This document shows, in pieces, positions 8,972-19,281 of a stretch of DNA of 64,000 bases. The stretch spans positions 1 to 64,000 of the forward strand of contig CAWDSQ010000020.1 of NCBI GenBank assembly GCA_963804955.1, in the 5' to 3' direction. The position numbers and the translations under genes are program-made. The first letter of the stretch is position 1; every line of letters begins with the position of its first letter. This DNA comes from an uncultured delta proteobacterium (GTDB lineage: Bacteria; Desulfobacterota; WTBG01; CAIYCZ01; CAIRTM01). The notes under the pieces were generated by a model. The model was not told the origin of the DNA and ran no database searches. It worked only from the letters and a program-made list of their open reading frames with translations.

Positions 8972-10153
8972 CTACCGGTCGCGGGTCACAATAAGGCTAA
9001 CAGCCTCTGCACCGCCCAGGCACAGCGACGCCATGCCTGTTGCTGCTCCCCGCTGCTTCATTGCATGCAGCAGCGTCACCAGTACCCTGGCGCCGCTTGC
9101 GCCGATGGGATGGCCAAGGGCAACGGCGCCTCCGTTTACATTGAGGCGATCAAGGGGGATGCCCAGCTCACGCGCAATGGCAACCGTTGTGGCAGCGAAT
9201 GCTTCATTGACTTCATGCAGGTCTATGGCATCTATTGACATACCTGCCTTTTTAAGTACTTTGGGTATTGATTTTATGGGGGTCATGAGCACATCCTCAA
9301 GCTCCATGCCGGCAGAGCCCTGCGCCCCGACAGTCGCCAGAGGCTGTATGCCCAGGCTTTGTGCTTTGCTTCTCGACATAATCACCAGTGCCGCTGCACC
9401 GTCGCTGATTTTAGATGCATTGCCTGCCGTGACGCAGCCGTCTTTTTTGAAAGCAGGCCTGAGCTTTTTAAGCCCGTCGAGGGTAATGTGCCGGGGTGTT
9501 TCATCGACGCTGAAAAGCAGCGGCCCGCCCTTTTTCTGCGGCACCGCAACGGGGACGATTTCTTCGGTAAATCGGCCCTCTTTGACGCTTGCAAGAGCCC
9601 GCTGTACAGACATATAGGCGAAATCGTCCATGTCCTCGCGGGAAATGCCGTACTTTCGAGTAGAAATTTCTGCTGCTGCGCCCATGTGAAAATCGCTGAT
9701 GATGTCCCAGATGCCGTCTTGAATCATACCGTCGATGATAGGAGCATTGTTCATGCGGTAGCCGAAACGGGCTTTGTCAAGATAGTAGGGAGCCCGGTTC
9801 ATATTTTCCATGCCGCCGGCAACGATAATATCGGCATCCCCGCTTGAAATCGCCTGGGCCGCCAGCATGACGGCCTTGAGGCCCGAGCCGCAGACTTTAT
9901 TGACGGTAATGGCGCCTGCCTCTACGGGCAGACCGGCCTTGAGCATGGCCTGGCGGGCCGGGTTCTGCCCCAGGCCTGCCGGCAGCACAGTGCCCATGAT
10001 TACTTCATCGACATCATTTTTTTGTATACCTGCCCGCAGAACGGCTTCGGCGATGACAACAGCCCCGAGCTCGGTGGCTGATATGTCGCGCAGCGTGCCG
10101 TTAAAGTCGCCGATAGGCGTGCGAACAGCGCTTGCAATTACAATGTCTCGCAT
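8972..10153 (-). CDS. Acetyl-CoA C-acetyltransferase (thiolase)
   Basis: NKVCGSG, NEAFA, GHPIGASG and CLGG motifs. Confidence 0.96.
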   Translation of the reverse strand: MRDIVIASAVRTPIGDFNGTLRDISATELGAVVIAEAVLRAGIQKNDVDEVIMGTVLPAGLGQNPARQAMLKAGLPVEAGAITVNKVCGSGLKAVMLAAQAISSGDADIIVAGGMENMNRAPYYLDKARFGYRMNNAPIIDGMIQDGIWDIISDFHMGAAAEISTRKYGISREDMDDFAYMSVQRALASVKEGRFTEEIVPVAVPQKKGGPLLFSVDETPRHITLDGLKKLRPAFKKDGCVTAGNASKISDGAAALVIMSRSKAQSLGIQPLATVGAQGSAGMELEDVLMTPIKSIPKVLKKAGMSIDAIDLHEVNEAFAATTVAIARELGIPLDRLNVNGGAVALGHPIGASGARVLVTLLHAMKQRGAATGMASLCLGGAEAVSLIVTRDR

Positions 10154-10486
10154 GCAAATAACTCCGCAAGGTTAAAATGGCATAGTACGCCCCTTGTGTA
10201 TGACAGGGCTTTTAAAGCGGGAATGAGTGATTTCAGGATGGTTATTGAAATCCTATTGTTGTAGTAGCATAGTGTGTTTTTTGTGTCAAGAAACTAAAAC
10301 AATTGATTTACCATGCGGTAATGTGATTTAATTTTTCAGGAAAAGGGCTGCCTGCAACAGATGCCCTGTTTGGCCGGATATTTTATTTGTTGAGGATACG
10401 CAAGCGACTGTGTTATTATTGATAAAGTATAGACATGTACGTATGAAGCTATAGGGAATTTGATTTTTATCTTTAAAGGACTTACT

Positions 10487-11200
10487 ATGCCTCCTTCACT
10501 GTATGTAAATACTGCCGATCTACAGCTGCGCAGCAGAGGCGAAGTTTTTTGTTCAAGCCCCCGACTCAGCGCTGGTCTGCAGAGCCGATTGACGCGTATA
10601 CTTGCCGGCCTGCTGAGCACATCGATGATGTGTGCCTGTTTAATGATGCTTTTTGTTGCCCCGGCCCATGCCGAGGATGCCAAGACTGATATTATCATAG
10701 AAAAAAACCTTTTCAGCCCTGATCGCAAGAAATGGGTGTCGGAGCCTGCGTCAAGCAAAAAGGGTGCTGACAAACTGGCTAAAAAGGAAATCAATGACCT
10801 CATGCTGATGGGCACGGCCATTCGCGGCAAGGAACGCTATGCTGTGCTGCATGCAAAAAAAGATGCAGCTCAAGGCGGGTTTAAACCCTGGATGAAGGGC
10901 GACTATGTTCAAGGCTATCTGTTGAAGGAAATTGAAGAAAAGATGGTCGTTCTGCAGGATGAAGCGGAGAATAAAGAGTATATACTGTATATGAATGACG
11001 AAAAGAAAGAACGTGTCGCTGAAAAAACAGCTGTAAAAATCGAACCGCCATCAGCAGCTGTTGAAGTTACGAAGGGGCCTCAGCCCGGGAAAAGAAGAAG
11101 GCCCAGAAAAACAGCCAGCCAGCCTGCCAATCCGGATAATATTTCAAGTGCCGGCAGAGGGGCGACGGGGAGAAATTTTGAAGGTGGAGGTGGGTTTTAG
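10487..11200 (+). CDS. GspC/PilP-like membrane protein (T2SS HR-domain-like)
   Basis: TM segment, EKNLFSPDR, LMGTAIRGKERYAVL, GDYVQGYLLKEI; Pro/Lys-rich tail. Confidence 0.45.
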   Translation: MPPSLYVNTADLQLRSRGEVFCSSPRLSAGLQSRLTRILAGLLSTSMMCACLMMLFVAPAHAEDAKTDIIIEKNLFSPDRKKWVSEPASSKKGADKLAKKEINDLMLMGTAIRGKERYAVLHAKKDAAQGGFKPWMKGDYVQGYLLKEIEEKMVVLQDEAENKEYILYMNDEKKERVAEKTAVKIEPPSAAVEVTKGPQPGKRRRPRKTASQPANPDNISSAGRGATGRNFEGGGGF

Positions 11201-11470
11201 AAACGCACCTCCACCAGATATTTCCGCACCTTCTCCCGATAGCCCCGACCCTATCCGGCAACCTTTTGAGCAGAATGACACGCGGGAGGATTGATTTTTT
11301 TAGTTTTTGCTGTCCATGCCTGCCGGCATAACCTGCGGTGCTGCTGTCCGAACAGACAACCTCTCAGCTGCTGTACGCATATGCACAGAATAAACCGATC
11401 CATTGATTAACTGACGGACCCCACTGGTCTGCACATGAACGATATGTATGATTTTATGAACGGGTGAGAC

Positions 11471-14453
11471 ATGACTGCTCGAATTGAAGTTGGGTTTAGG
11501 CCTGAAGTACGGGATGCGTACGGGTGCAAGGTGCGCAAGCGCATACAGGAAGAATTGGGCCTTGAGGTGCACGAGGTTTCAACCATAGATGTGTATACTG
11601 TAGATATGAATCTTTCGCCGGATGAGGTTCTTCTGCTTGCCGGCGGGCCATACTGTGATGCTGTTACACAGATGTCTGCGGTTGACACGCCTCTTGCCGT
11701 CAATTTTGACTGGATAGCGGAAATCGGCTACAAACCGGGCGTGACGGACAATGCGGGCCGTACGGCACTTGAAACCGCCTCGCTCTGTCTCGGCAGGAGC
11801 CCGGCACCGGGCGAAAAAGTCTATACATCCCGGCAGTATCTGTTCAGGGGCGATCTTACCCGTCAGGATGTGGAATAGTATTGTCACGCAGGTCCTTGCC
11901 AATGATCTCATACAGCGGCATGTTCTTGCATCCCGCGCAGAGTTTGATCTGGCCGGCGGTCTGAGTTTGTCGGTGCCGCGCGTGACGGAAAGCGAAAAAG
12001 CTGTGGTGAAAGAGATCGACATTCAGATTGCCGATGACGAACTCGTACAGCTCAGCCGCGAGAGGCTGCTGGCTTTGAGCCTTGATGAAATGCGCACCAT
12101 AAAAGACTATTTCGGCAGGGCGGATGTGCAGGCAGTCCGCGCACAGTTCGGGCTGTCGCATAAGGCCACCGATGCCGAAATCGAGGCCTTCGGGCAGACA
12201 TGGTCCGAGCACTGCAAGCATAAAATATTCAATGCCGTTATCGACTACACGGATGAAAACGGCAGACGTGAGACGATACACAGCCTTTTTTCTACCTGTA
12301 TTAAAGGCTCCACACAGGCTATCCGGGACCGGCTCGGCAGCCACGATTGGTGCGTTTCGGTCTTCAAGGACAATGCGGGTGTCATTACCTGGGATGACAC
12401 GTATAATCTTGTGTACAAGGTTGAAACGCATAACAGCCCTTCCGCCCTTGACCCGTACGGCGGGGCGCTCACCGGCATCGTTGGCGTCAACCGCGATACC
12501 ATCGGTACGGGCAAGGCTGCAAAGCTCATTTTTAATACTGATGTGTTCTGCTTTGCTTCTCCGTTTCATGAAAAAGAGCTGCCCCCGCGCATCCTGCACC
12601 CGCGGCGCATTCTTGAAGGCGTGCGTGAAGGCGTTGAACACGGCGGCAATAAAAGCGGCATCCCCACGGTAAACGGCAGCATTGTTTTCGATGAACGGTT
12701 TCTCGGCAAACCCCTTGTGTATTGCGGAACGGGCGGCATCATGCCCCGCCGGATACTGGGTGAGCCCTCCGAGGTGAAAGTCGTGGAGCCGGGAGACGTG
12801 ATCGTCATGGCCGGCGGACGCATCGGCAAGGACGGCATACACGGCGCAACATTTTCCTCCGAGGAGCTGCATGAAGGCTCACCGGTGACAGCCGTTCAGA
12901 TCGGCGACCCGATAACGCAGAAGCGGATGTGTGATTTTATTCTGGAAGCGCGCGATCAGGGCATGTACCGCTGCATTACCGACAATGGCGCCGGCGGCCT
13001 GTCTTCGTCGGTTGGCGAAATGGCCCAGTTCAGCGGCGGCTGTGATCTGGATCTTAAAAAAGCGCCGCTGAAATACAGCGGACTTCAGCCCTGGGAAATT
13101 CTGGTATCAGAGTCGCAGGAACGCATGACATTTGCCGTGGCTCCTGAAAAGCTGGAGGCCTTTTTGAATCTTGCCTCGGTTATGGGCGTTGAGGCTATGG
13201 CTCTGGGCAGTTTTACCGACAGCGGCCTTTTCCTGATCCGGTACGGAGACACTGTTGCTGCCTGCCTCGATATGGCTTTTCTCCATGAAGGTCTGCCGCC
13301 CATGCAGCTGAAAGCGGCCTGGACGCCCCCGCAGCATGAGGAGCCCTCATTTGCCGAGCCTGTCGATCTTACGGCTTCGCTTACCCGGCTGCTTGGGCGT
13401 CTGAATATCTGCAGCAAAGAGATGGTGGTGCGGCAGTATGACCACGAGGTCCAGGGCGGCAGCGTCGTGAAGCCTCTGACCGGTCTGCTCAATGACGGAC
13501 CGAGCGATGCCGCAGTGCTGCGTCCCGTTCTGTCGAGCATGCGCGGCGTAGTGGTCAGCCACGGCATCTGCCCGCGCTATTCCGATATCGATACGTATCA
13601 TATGACCGCCTGCGCCATTGATGAAGCCTTGCGCAATTTTCTGTGTGTGGGCGGCAGCCTTGACGGCATTGCGGGCCTTGATAATTTCTGCTGGTGCGAC
13701 CCGATAGCCTCGGATAAAAATCCCGATGGCAACTATAAGCTTGCCCAGCTTGTGCGGGCCAACAGGGCGCTGTATGACTACTGCCTTGCCTACACGATAC
13801 CCTGCATCTCCGGCAAGGACAGCATGAAAAATGATTATGTAATCGGCGACCTGCGCATCGCCATCCCTCCGACGCTTCTTTTTTCCATCATCGGGGCTAT
13901 CGATGATGTGCGCAGGGCCGTTACAATGGATGTCAAGCAGGCGGGCGATCTGGTATATGTTCTCGGAACGACAAAAAATGAACTCGGCGCATCAGAGTAT
14001 TTCGCCATGCAGGGTGCTATCGGCAACAGTGTTCCCCGGGTTGATGCTGTCGAGGCTTTAAATCTGTACCGCGCTCTCAGCAGGGCGATAGGGCAGGGCC
14101 TTATCCGCTCATGCCATGACTGCTCCGACGGCGGCCTGGGCGTCGCACTGGCCGAATCGGCATTTTCCGGAGGCCTGGGCATGACTATTGATCTTCGCAC
14201 GGTTCCCAGCCAGGGCATTGCACGCAGCGACTACCTTCTTTTTTCAGAATCACAGAGCAGGTTTGTGGTAACCATCAATCAGGAGAACCGCGATGCTTTT
14301 GAAGCATGCATGAAGAATTCGGCATGCGCCCGCATCGGTACCGTTAGCATGGATGGCAGTTTCAGGGTAACCGGGCTTACTGGGTCGCAGGTCATTACCG
14401 CGGATATTTCGGCGCTGAAGCGCTCCTGGCAGCAAACATTAGAGTGGATGTAG
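11471..14453 (+). CDS. purL: Phosphoribosylformylglycinamidine synthase PurL with N-terminal PurS-like domain; frameshift near 11870
   Basis: QTWSEHCKHKIF, KVETHNSPS, DNGAGG, SESQERM, HDCSDGG; the N-terminal part is in ORF 11471. Confidence 0.93.
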
Positions 14454-14470
14454 AAAGCGGCAGAGGATTT

Positions 14471-15292
14471 ATGGCAGTGCAAAAAGTAAAAGCTCTCGTG
14501 GTGACCGGCAACGGCACCAATTGTGAAATGGAGATGGCCCATGCCTGCCGGCTGGCAGGCGCCGATGAGGTTGAGATTATACACATCTACAAGCTGCTCA
14601 GCGGCCAGAAGAAGCTCGGCGATTATCATTTTCTGAATCTGCCCGGCGGATTTCTCGACGGCGACGATCTGGGCTCCGCAAAAGCCAATGCCGCCCGGCT
14701 CAGGTATGCCCGCACCCCGCAGGGCCACAGCATGTATGAGGAAATTTGTGATTTTATCGATGCCGGCAAGCTGATTCTTGGTATTTGCAACGGATTTCAG
14801 CTGCTGGTCAAGCTCGGACTTATTCCCTCTCTGAGAGGCGACCATGCTCAGGAAACGACACTGACTTTTAATGACTCCGGCAAGTTTGAAGACCGGTGGG
14901 TCCATCTCTCGGTGAACGAAAAGTCGCCCTGCGTTTTCACCCGCGGCCTGGATAAACTGTATCTCCCCGTTCGGCACGGCGAGGGCAAATTTGTCGTACG
15001 GGACGAAGCCGTCCTTGCGGGGCTCAAAAAAAACAATCTTATTGCGGTTCAGTACTGCGACCCGGACTATGCCGGCCCAACCATGGAGTATCCGCTCAAT
15101 CCCAATGGCTCGGTCGAGAGCATTGCCGGTATCTGCGATATGACGGGAAGGGTATTCGGCATGATGCCCCATGCCGAGGCATACCTGCATTATACCAATC
15201 ATCCGCGATGGACGCGTGAGCAGCTGCCCGAAGAGGGCATGGGCGTTGCGCTTTTCCGTAATGCAGTTGAGTATATCAGGAGAGAGCTCTAA
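14471..15292 (+). CDS. purQ: FGAM synthase glutaminase subunit
   Basis: GTNCE, PGGFLDGD, GICNGFQ, MMPHAE. Confidence 0.95.
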   Translation: MAVQKVKALVVTGNGTNCEMEMAHACRLAGADEVEIIHIYKLLSGQKKLGDYHFLNLPGGFLDGDDLGSAKANAARLRYARTPQGHSMYEEICDFIDAGKLILGICNGFQLLVKLGLIPSLRGDHAQETTLTFNDSGKFEDRWVHLSVNEKSPCVFTRGLDKLYLPVRHGEGKFVVRDEAVLAGLKKNNLIAVQYCDPDYAGPTMEYPLNPNGSVESIAGICDMTGRVFGMMPHAEAYLHYTNHPRWTREQLPEEGMGVALFRNAVEYIRREL

Positions 15293-15294
15293 AA

Positions 15295-15633
15295 GCGGTT
15301 ACATTGGTTTTGTTGGTTCCATTGGTTGAATTAGTTGCATTGGTGATCTGATGCGTAGGGGGCCATCACCAGTTTGCCTGCCGATTTATTGAACACATCA
15401 AACCAATAGAACCAATTAAACTAGAGCATTTAACTAAAGAGTGTAGCCTTCATAAACACCTCACAACGAACCCTGTATCCGTTCGCCCTGAATCCTGAGC
15501 CTGTCGAAGGATCGATGGGTGGAACGGTTACAGACAGGCGCTACAATACGTTCATGGTTCGACGAGCTCACCACGAACGTTTTTATGGAGCGGCTATAAA
15601 ATAATGTTAAATGCTCTACTACAACCAATCAAA
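15295..15633. repeat. Inverted arrays of degenerate 9-bp tandem repeats (ATTGGTTnn / AACCAATnn)
   Basis: ~5 units at 15295-15345 and opposite-orientation units at 15401-15423 and 15615-15633. Confidence 0.6.
15422..15618. mobile_element. MITE (~197 bp) with TIR TAGAGCATTTAAC, TA target duplication and internal REP-like hairpins
   Basis: Perfect 13-bp inverted ends at 15422-15434 and 15606-15618; removing the element restores a 9-mer unit (AACTACTAC). Confidence 0.7.
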
Positions 15634-15644
15634 CAGAAGCTCCT

Positions 15645-16151
15645 ATGGTAAGCAAAGAGCTGAAATTTTGCCCCTATTGCGCCGGCAGGCTTGAAATCCG
15701 CATGGCTGAAGGCCGCATGCGGCATGTATGCACGGACTGTGACGAGGTGTATTATCAAAATCCCCTGCCTGCTGCCACTGCGCTTGTGGTCAACGATTGC
15801 GGTCAACTGCTGCTGGGAAAGCGGGCTGTGGAGCCGGCGCGAGGCCAATGGTGTCTGCCCGGCGGATTCGTTGAACTTGGCGAGAGTATGGAGCAGGCGG
15901 CGCTGCGGGAGCTTATGGAAGAAACCGGCCTTGCGGCCGACAGCGGCGCGTTTATCGGCTGTTTCTACCAGAACAGCCTGTACTACGGCGGTGTCATCAT
16001 TTTCGGTTATCGCATCGATGCGGTGCGCGGAGAGCCCATTGCCGGCGATGACATGCAGGAGCTTCAGTACTATTCTTTCGACCATTTGCCGCCGATCGCT
16101 TTTGAATCTCACCGCCGGCTGATCGATCTTTTCAAACAGCAGCTTGCCTGA
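15645..16151 (+). CDS. NUDIX hydrolase with N-terminal zinc ribbon
   Basis: CPYC...CTDC; Nudix box GGFVELGESMEQAALRELMEETGL. Confidence 0.93.
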   Translation: MVSKELKFCPYCAGRLEIRMAEGRMRHVCTDCDEVYYQNPLPAATALVVNDCGQLLLGKRAVEPARGQWCLPGGFVELGESMEQAALRELMEETGLAADSGAFIGCFYQNSLYYGGVIIFGYRIDAVRGEPIAGDDMQELQYYSFDHLPPIAFESHRRLIDLFKQQLA

Positions 16152-16874
16152 TCTATCTTTATACCCTGCAGGGTGGTGTGCCTGCTCATAATCCCTTCTG
16201 CTCACGGCCCGTCATAATGATGTTCGCAAGAATAATATTTTAATAAAATTAAAAAAAATTATATTAAAATATTATTTTAAATAAAAAAATAAATTTTCTT
16301 ACTTTGCAGAATTACCTGGATAGTGCTACAAAAAGAATGAAAGACAATTGCAGGAAAGCAGGCAGCAGACAGCATACAATCACTGTTACTACTATCGATA
16401 GAAATAATAAATAGCTGTGATTGCTTATATCATTCATTTCTTTTAAATGGTTTTTTATAAAATAAACCATATGTAAAATCCTCTCTCAGCCTTCTACTTA
16501 TAATATGTTTCAACAGGTTCAAGATTTCAATAGATATTATTTATCGTATCGTTTCAGGGTAATATCTATATTGTAACCGACAGCCTTGATGTACCGGTAA
16601 TTTTAAACTGTCCAATCAATGATTACATGCTGCTCTTAGAAATCGTATCGAACAATTTGGTGATAGCACGGATTTTTGCCGCATTTTTTTCTAAAGTATT
16701 AGTGGAAAAAGACTATAAGTTATAGGTGCCTTGCAACCTGAATATGAAAGATCAAAAATATTTTCTGGAAATATCACCAGTATTGCTTTATTATTTAATA
16801 TGTTATGCTTGATATCCTAAACTAAAATCTGAGGAACTATTGATCCTTAGGCGATGTGCCGAGGGACAAAGACC

Positions 16875-18155
16875 ATGTTCGCCTACTTCAGAAAAAAACA
16901 GGTCAGTCAAAAGAAGCAGATGCTCGAAGGAGTCTTCGCGCAGAACCTGAAGCTTGTCGGCAAAGCACCTGTCGAAAGGAATTCCTTCTTCACCGGCATG
17001 AACTGGTACCTCAGGCTGGCATTTTTGGTTTTTATCGGTATTTTTCTCTCCACTGATACCCGTGGTTCCCGCGTCAGTCAGAGCCCAGACATGTTCAGCG
17101 ACTTGCCGAGTCAATCAGTGCCCGGAGCCGGTGCTCAGGCCTCAGGGGTTGATGCTGCCGGTAATCCAATTTTTTCCGATATGCAGTTTCCTTCAGGAGC
17201 AAAAATTTCCTATCAGCAACCGAATGCTTCCAGCCAAACCCCTGAAGATAAAAAGCAGGTTAAGGAACTGCTGAACCTCATCAGCCAGAGCCTTGAGGAA
17301 AAGAAGCAGGTGCAGGTTACTGCTGCATCCCTTGAACGGAATTTCGAAGACAAAGCACATGTGCAGGAGTATGTGAACCTGCTGAGCCAGAGCCAGGTGC
17401 CCATCAAAAAAATGTTCGGCTTGAGCGTCAAAACCATAATCATCGACGCAGGCCACGGCGGCGATGATCCGGGCGCGATCGGCAAACTGGGTGTGAAGGA
17501 GAAGGACATCACACTGGATATCGCCCGCACCCTAAAGAAGCGCCTTGAGGCTGCCGGCTCATACCGGGTGCTGCTGACGCGGCAGGACGACAAATTTATA
17601 TCACTGAAGGCCCGCACAGTGCTGGCCAACAAAAGCGGTGCTGATCTGTTTATTTCAGTTCATGTCAATTTCGTGCCCAGCCCAACTCTCGACATCGTCG
17701 AGACATACTACTTCGGACCTTCAAAAAGCAATATCTCCATGCAGCTTGCTGAAAAAGAAAACGAGCTCTCGGACTTCAGCATGAGCGATTACAACCAGAT
17801 CATTAAGAAGCTGAGCAATACGATGAAGTTCCAGGAGTCGCGCTTATTTGCTCAGAGCATCCAGCAGAACCTCTACAAAAACATGCGCGCCGTAAGCGGC
17901 GAGGTCATGGATCATGGCATCAAGCGGGCGCCATTTGTGGTTCTTCTCGGGGCTGATATGCCGGGCGTGCTTGTAGAGGTTGCCTGCCTGAGTAATCATG
18001 ACCAGGAACAGCGACTCCGCGACCCTTCATACCGTGAGGATATCGCCACATATATTGAAAAAGGCATCATTCACTACCTAGACACAAGGAGCAGAAACCA
18101 TGACACAGAAAGAGCAGACCGGGACGTCGAGCGACACGCTTTTCGTCGGAATTGA
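16875..18155 (+). CDS. N-acetylmuramoyl-L-alanine amidase (Amidase_3), membrane-anchored
   Basis: IIDAGHGGDDPGA, EKDITL, FISVHVN, VLVEVACLSN; N-terminal TM segment. Confidence 0.92.
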   Translation: MFAYFRKKQVSQKKQMLEGVFAQNLKLVGKAPVERNSFFTGMNWYLRLAFLVFIGIFLSTDTRGSRVSQSPDMFSDLPSQSVPGAGAQASGVDAAGNPIFSDMQFPSGAKISYQQPNASSQTPEDKKQVKELLNLISQSLEEKKQVQVTAASLERNFEDKAHVQEYVNLLSQSQVPIKKMFGLSVKTIIIDAGHGGDDPGAIGKLGVKEKDITLDIARTLKKRLEAAGSYRVLLTRQDDKFISLKARTVLANKSGADLFISVHVNFVPSPTLDIVETYYFGPSKSNISMQLAEKENELSDFSMSDYNQIIKKLSNTMKFQESRLFAQSIQQNLYKNMRAVSGEVMDHGIKRAPFVVLLGADMPGVLVEVACLSNHDQEQRLRDPSYREDIATYIEKGIIHYLDTRSRNHDTERADRDVERHAFRRN

Positions 18156-19131
18156 CCTGGGTACATCCAGAAGCTCCATCTCCGCCAGCAATGGCAGCAC
18201 GGCGTGGATAGAGAGTTACGTGGGTTGGCCAAAGGACTTTATCTCCGCAAAAGTGCTGGGTAAACAAGTCATGTTCGGGGCCGAAGCCCTCGAGCACCGC
18301 CTCTCGCTTGAGATGTGCCGCCCTATGGAGCGCGGTGTTATCAAGGAAGGCATTGATCGCAACGAGGATGCCGTCAAGGAGATAATCAAGGAGCTCATAC
18401 GCCTGGTAAAGCCTGCGTCAGGGCAGAAGATAAAGGCAATTGTCGGCGTACCGGCAGACACCATGAAGGTCAATAAGCTTGCCATACGCAAGGCGGTTGC
18501 CGACTATGTGCATTCGATTATGGTCGTGAGCGAGCCCTTTGCCGTGGCCTACAGCATGGATTTGCTCGACAATGCCTTCATAATTGATATCGGAGCCGGC
18601 ACGGTGGACTTCTGCATCATGCACGGAACCATGCCCGATGAGAGCGACCAGAAAACCATTACCACGGCCGGGGACTATATAGATGATCAGCTTTTCAGCC
18701 TTATGACCGAGAAATACCCGCGCTCACGTTTTACGAAAAACATGGTGCGGCAGTTTAAGGAGCGTTTCAGCTTCGTCGGTGATGTCTCGGAAGAGATCAA
18801 GGTCGAGCTTCCCCTTGACGGCAAGCCAGCCGAGCATGATATCAAGATGGAGGTAAAACGAGCCTGCGAGAGCATACTGCCTGCAATTATTGACACGGCT
18901 GCGGATATGATATCCAGGTTCGACCCCGAGTTTCAGGCCAAGATAAAGAACAATATCGTTCTTGCAGGCGGCGGCAGCGGTATCAGAAATCTTGCCGCTC
19001 ATATCGCCCACGGGCTGAAGGATTACGGCCAGTGCACGGTTGTCAGTGTTGATGACCCGCTGTATGCCGGTTCAATCGGCGGCTTGAAGCTTGCGCAGGA
19101 CATGCCCAAAAACTACTGGGAAGAGCTGTAG
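18100..19131 (+). CDS. MamK-family actin-like protein
   Basis: LFVGIDLGTS, VGWPKD, VVSEPFAVAY, IIDIGAGTVDFC, KERFSFVG, NIVLAGGGS, C-terminal MPKNYWEEL; colinear with MamK rather than MreB. Confidence 0.88.
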   Translation: MTQKEQTGTSSDTLFVGIDLGTSRSSISASNGSTAWIESYVGWPKDFISAKVLGKQVMFGAEALEHRLSLEMCRPMERGVIKEGIDRNEDAVKEIIKELIRLVKPASGQKIKAIVGVPADTMKVNKLAIRKAVADYVHSIMVVSEPFAVAYSMDLLDNAFIIDIGAGTVDFCIMHGTMPDESDQKTITTAGDYIDDQLFSLMTEKYPRSRFTKNMVRQFKERFSFVGDVSEEIKVELPLDGKPAEHDIKMEVKRACESILPAIIDTAADMISRFDPEFQAKIKNNIVLAGGGSGIRNLAAHIAHGLKDYGQCTVVSVDDPLYAGSIGGLKLAQDMPKNYWEEL

Positions 19132-19281
19132 AAACTAATTGCAATTTAAGAAATATAATTGCGGCGACCGGTGACATTTCGGGCTCCGTTTTTTCTGCGG
19201 AAGATGTTCTGATCTAGAAAGTGTACGGGTAAGATGTTCTGCCTAAATGAAGTAAATAATTTATAGATCCATTTACGTCAT

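Noticed and set aside
11860..11890. Programmed frameshift between the PurS-like and PurL parts (and similar cases in cphA, purA and the ABC gene)
   Set aside because: No clear slippery heptamer or stimulatory structure, and similar indels occur throughout the window.
11856..15202. Long antisense ORFs (338 aa, 307 aa) over purL/purQ
   Set aside because: Codon-bias shadows of well-supported genes.
15295..15633. CRISPR array
   Set aside because: The units are 9-bp tandem or inverted repeats with no unique spacers, and no cas genes are present.
18100..19131. Magnetosome gene island
   Set aside because: Only a MamK-like actin is present; no mamA/B/E/M/Q-like or mad genes are recognisable in the window.
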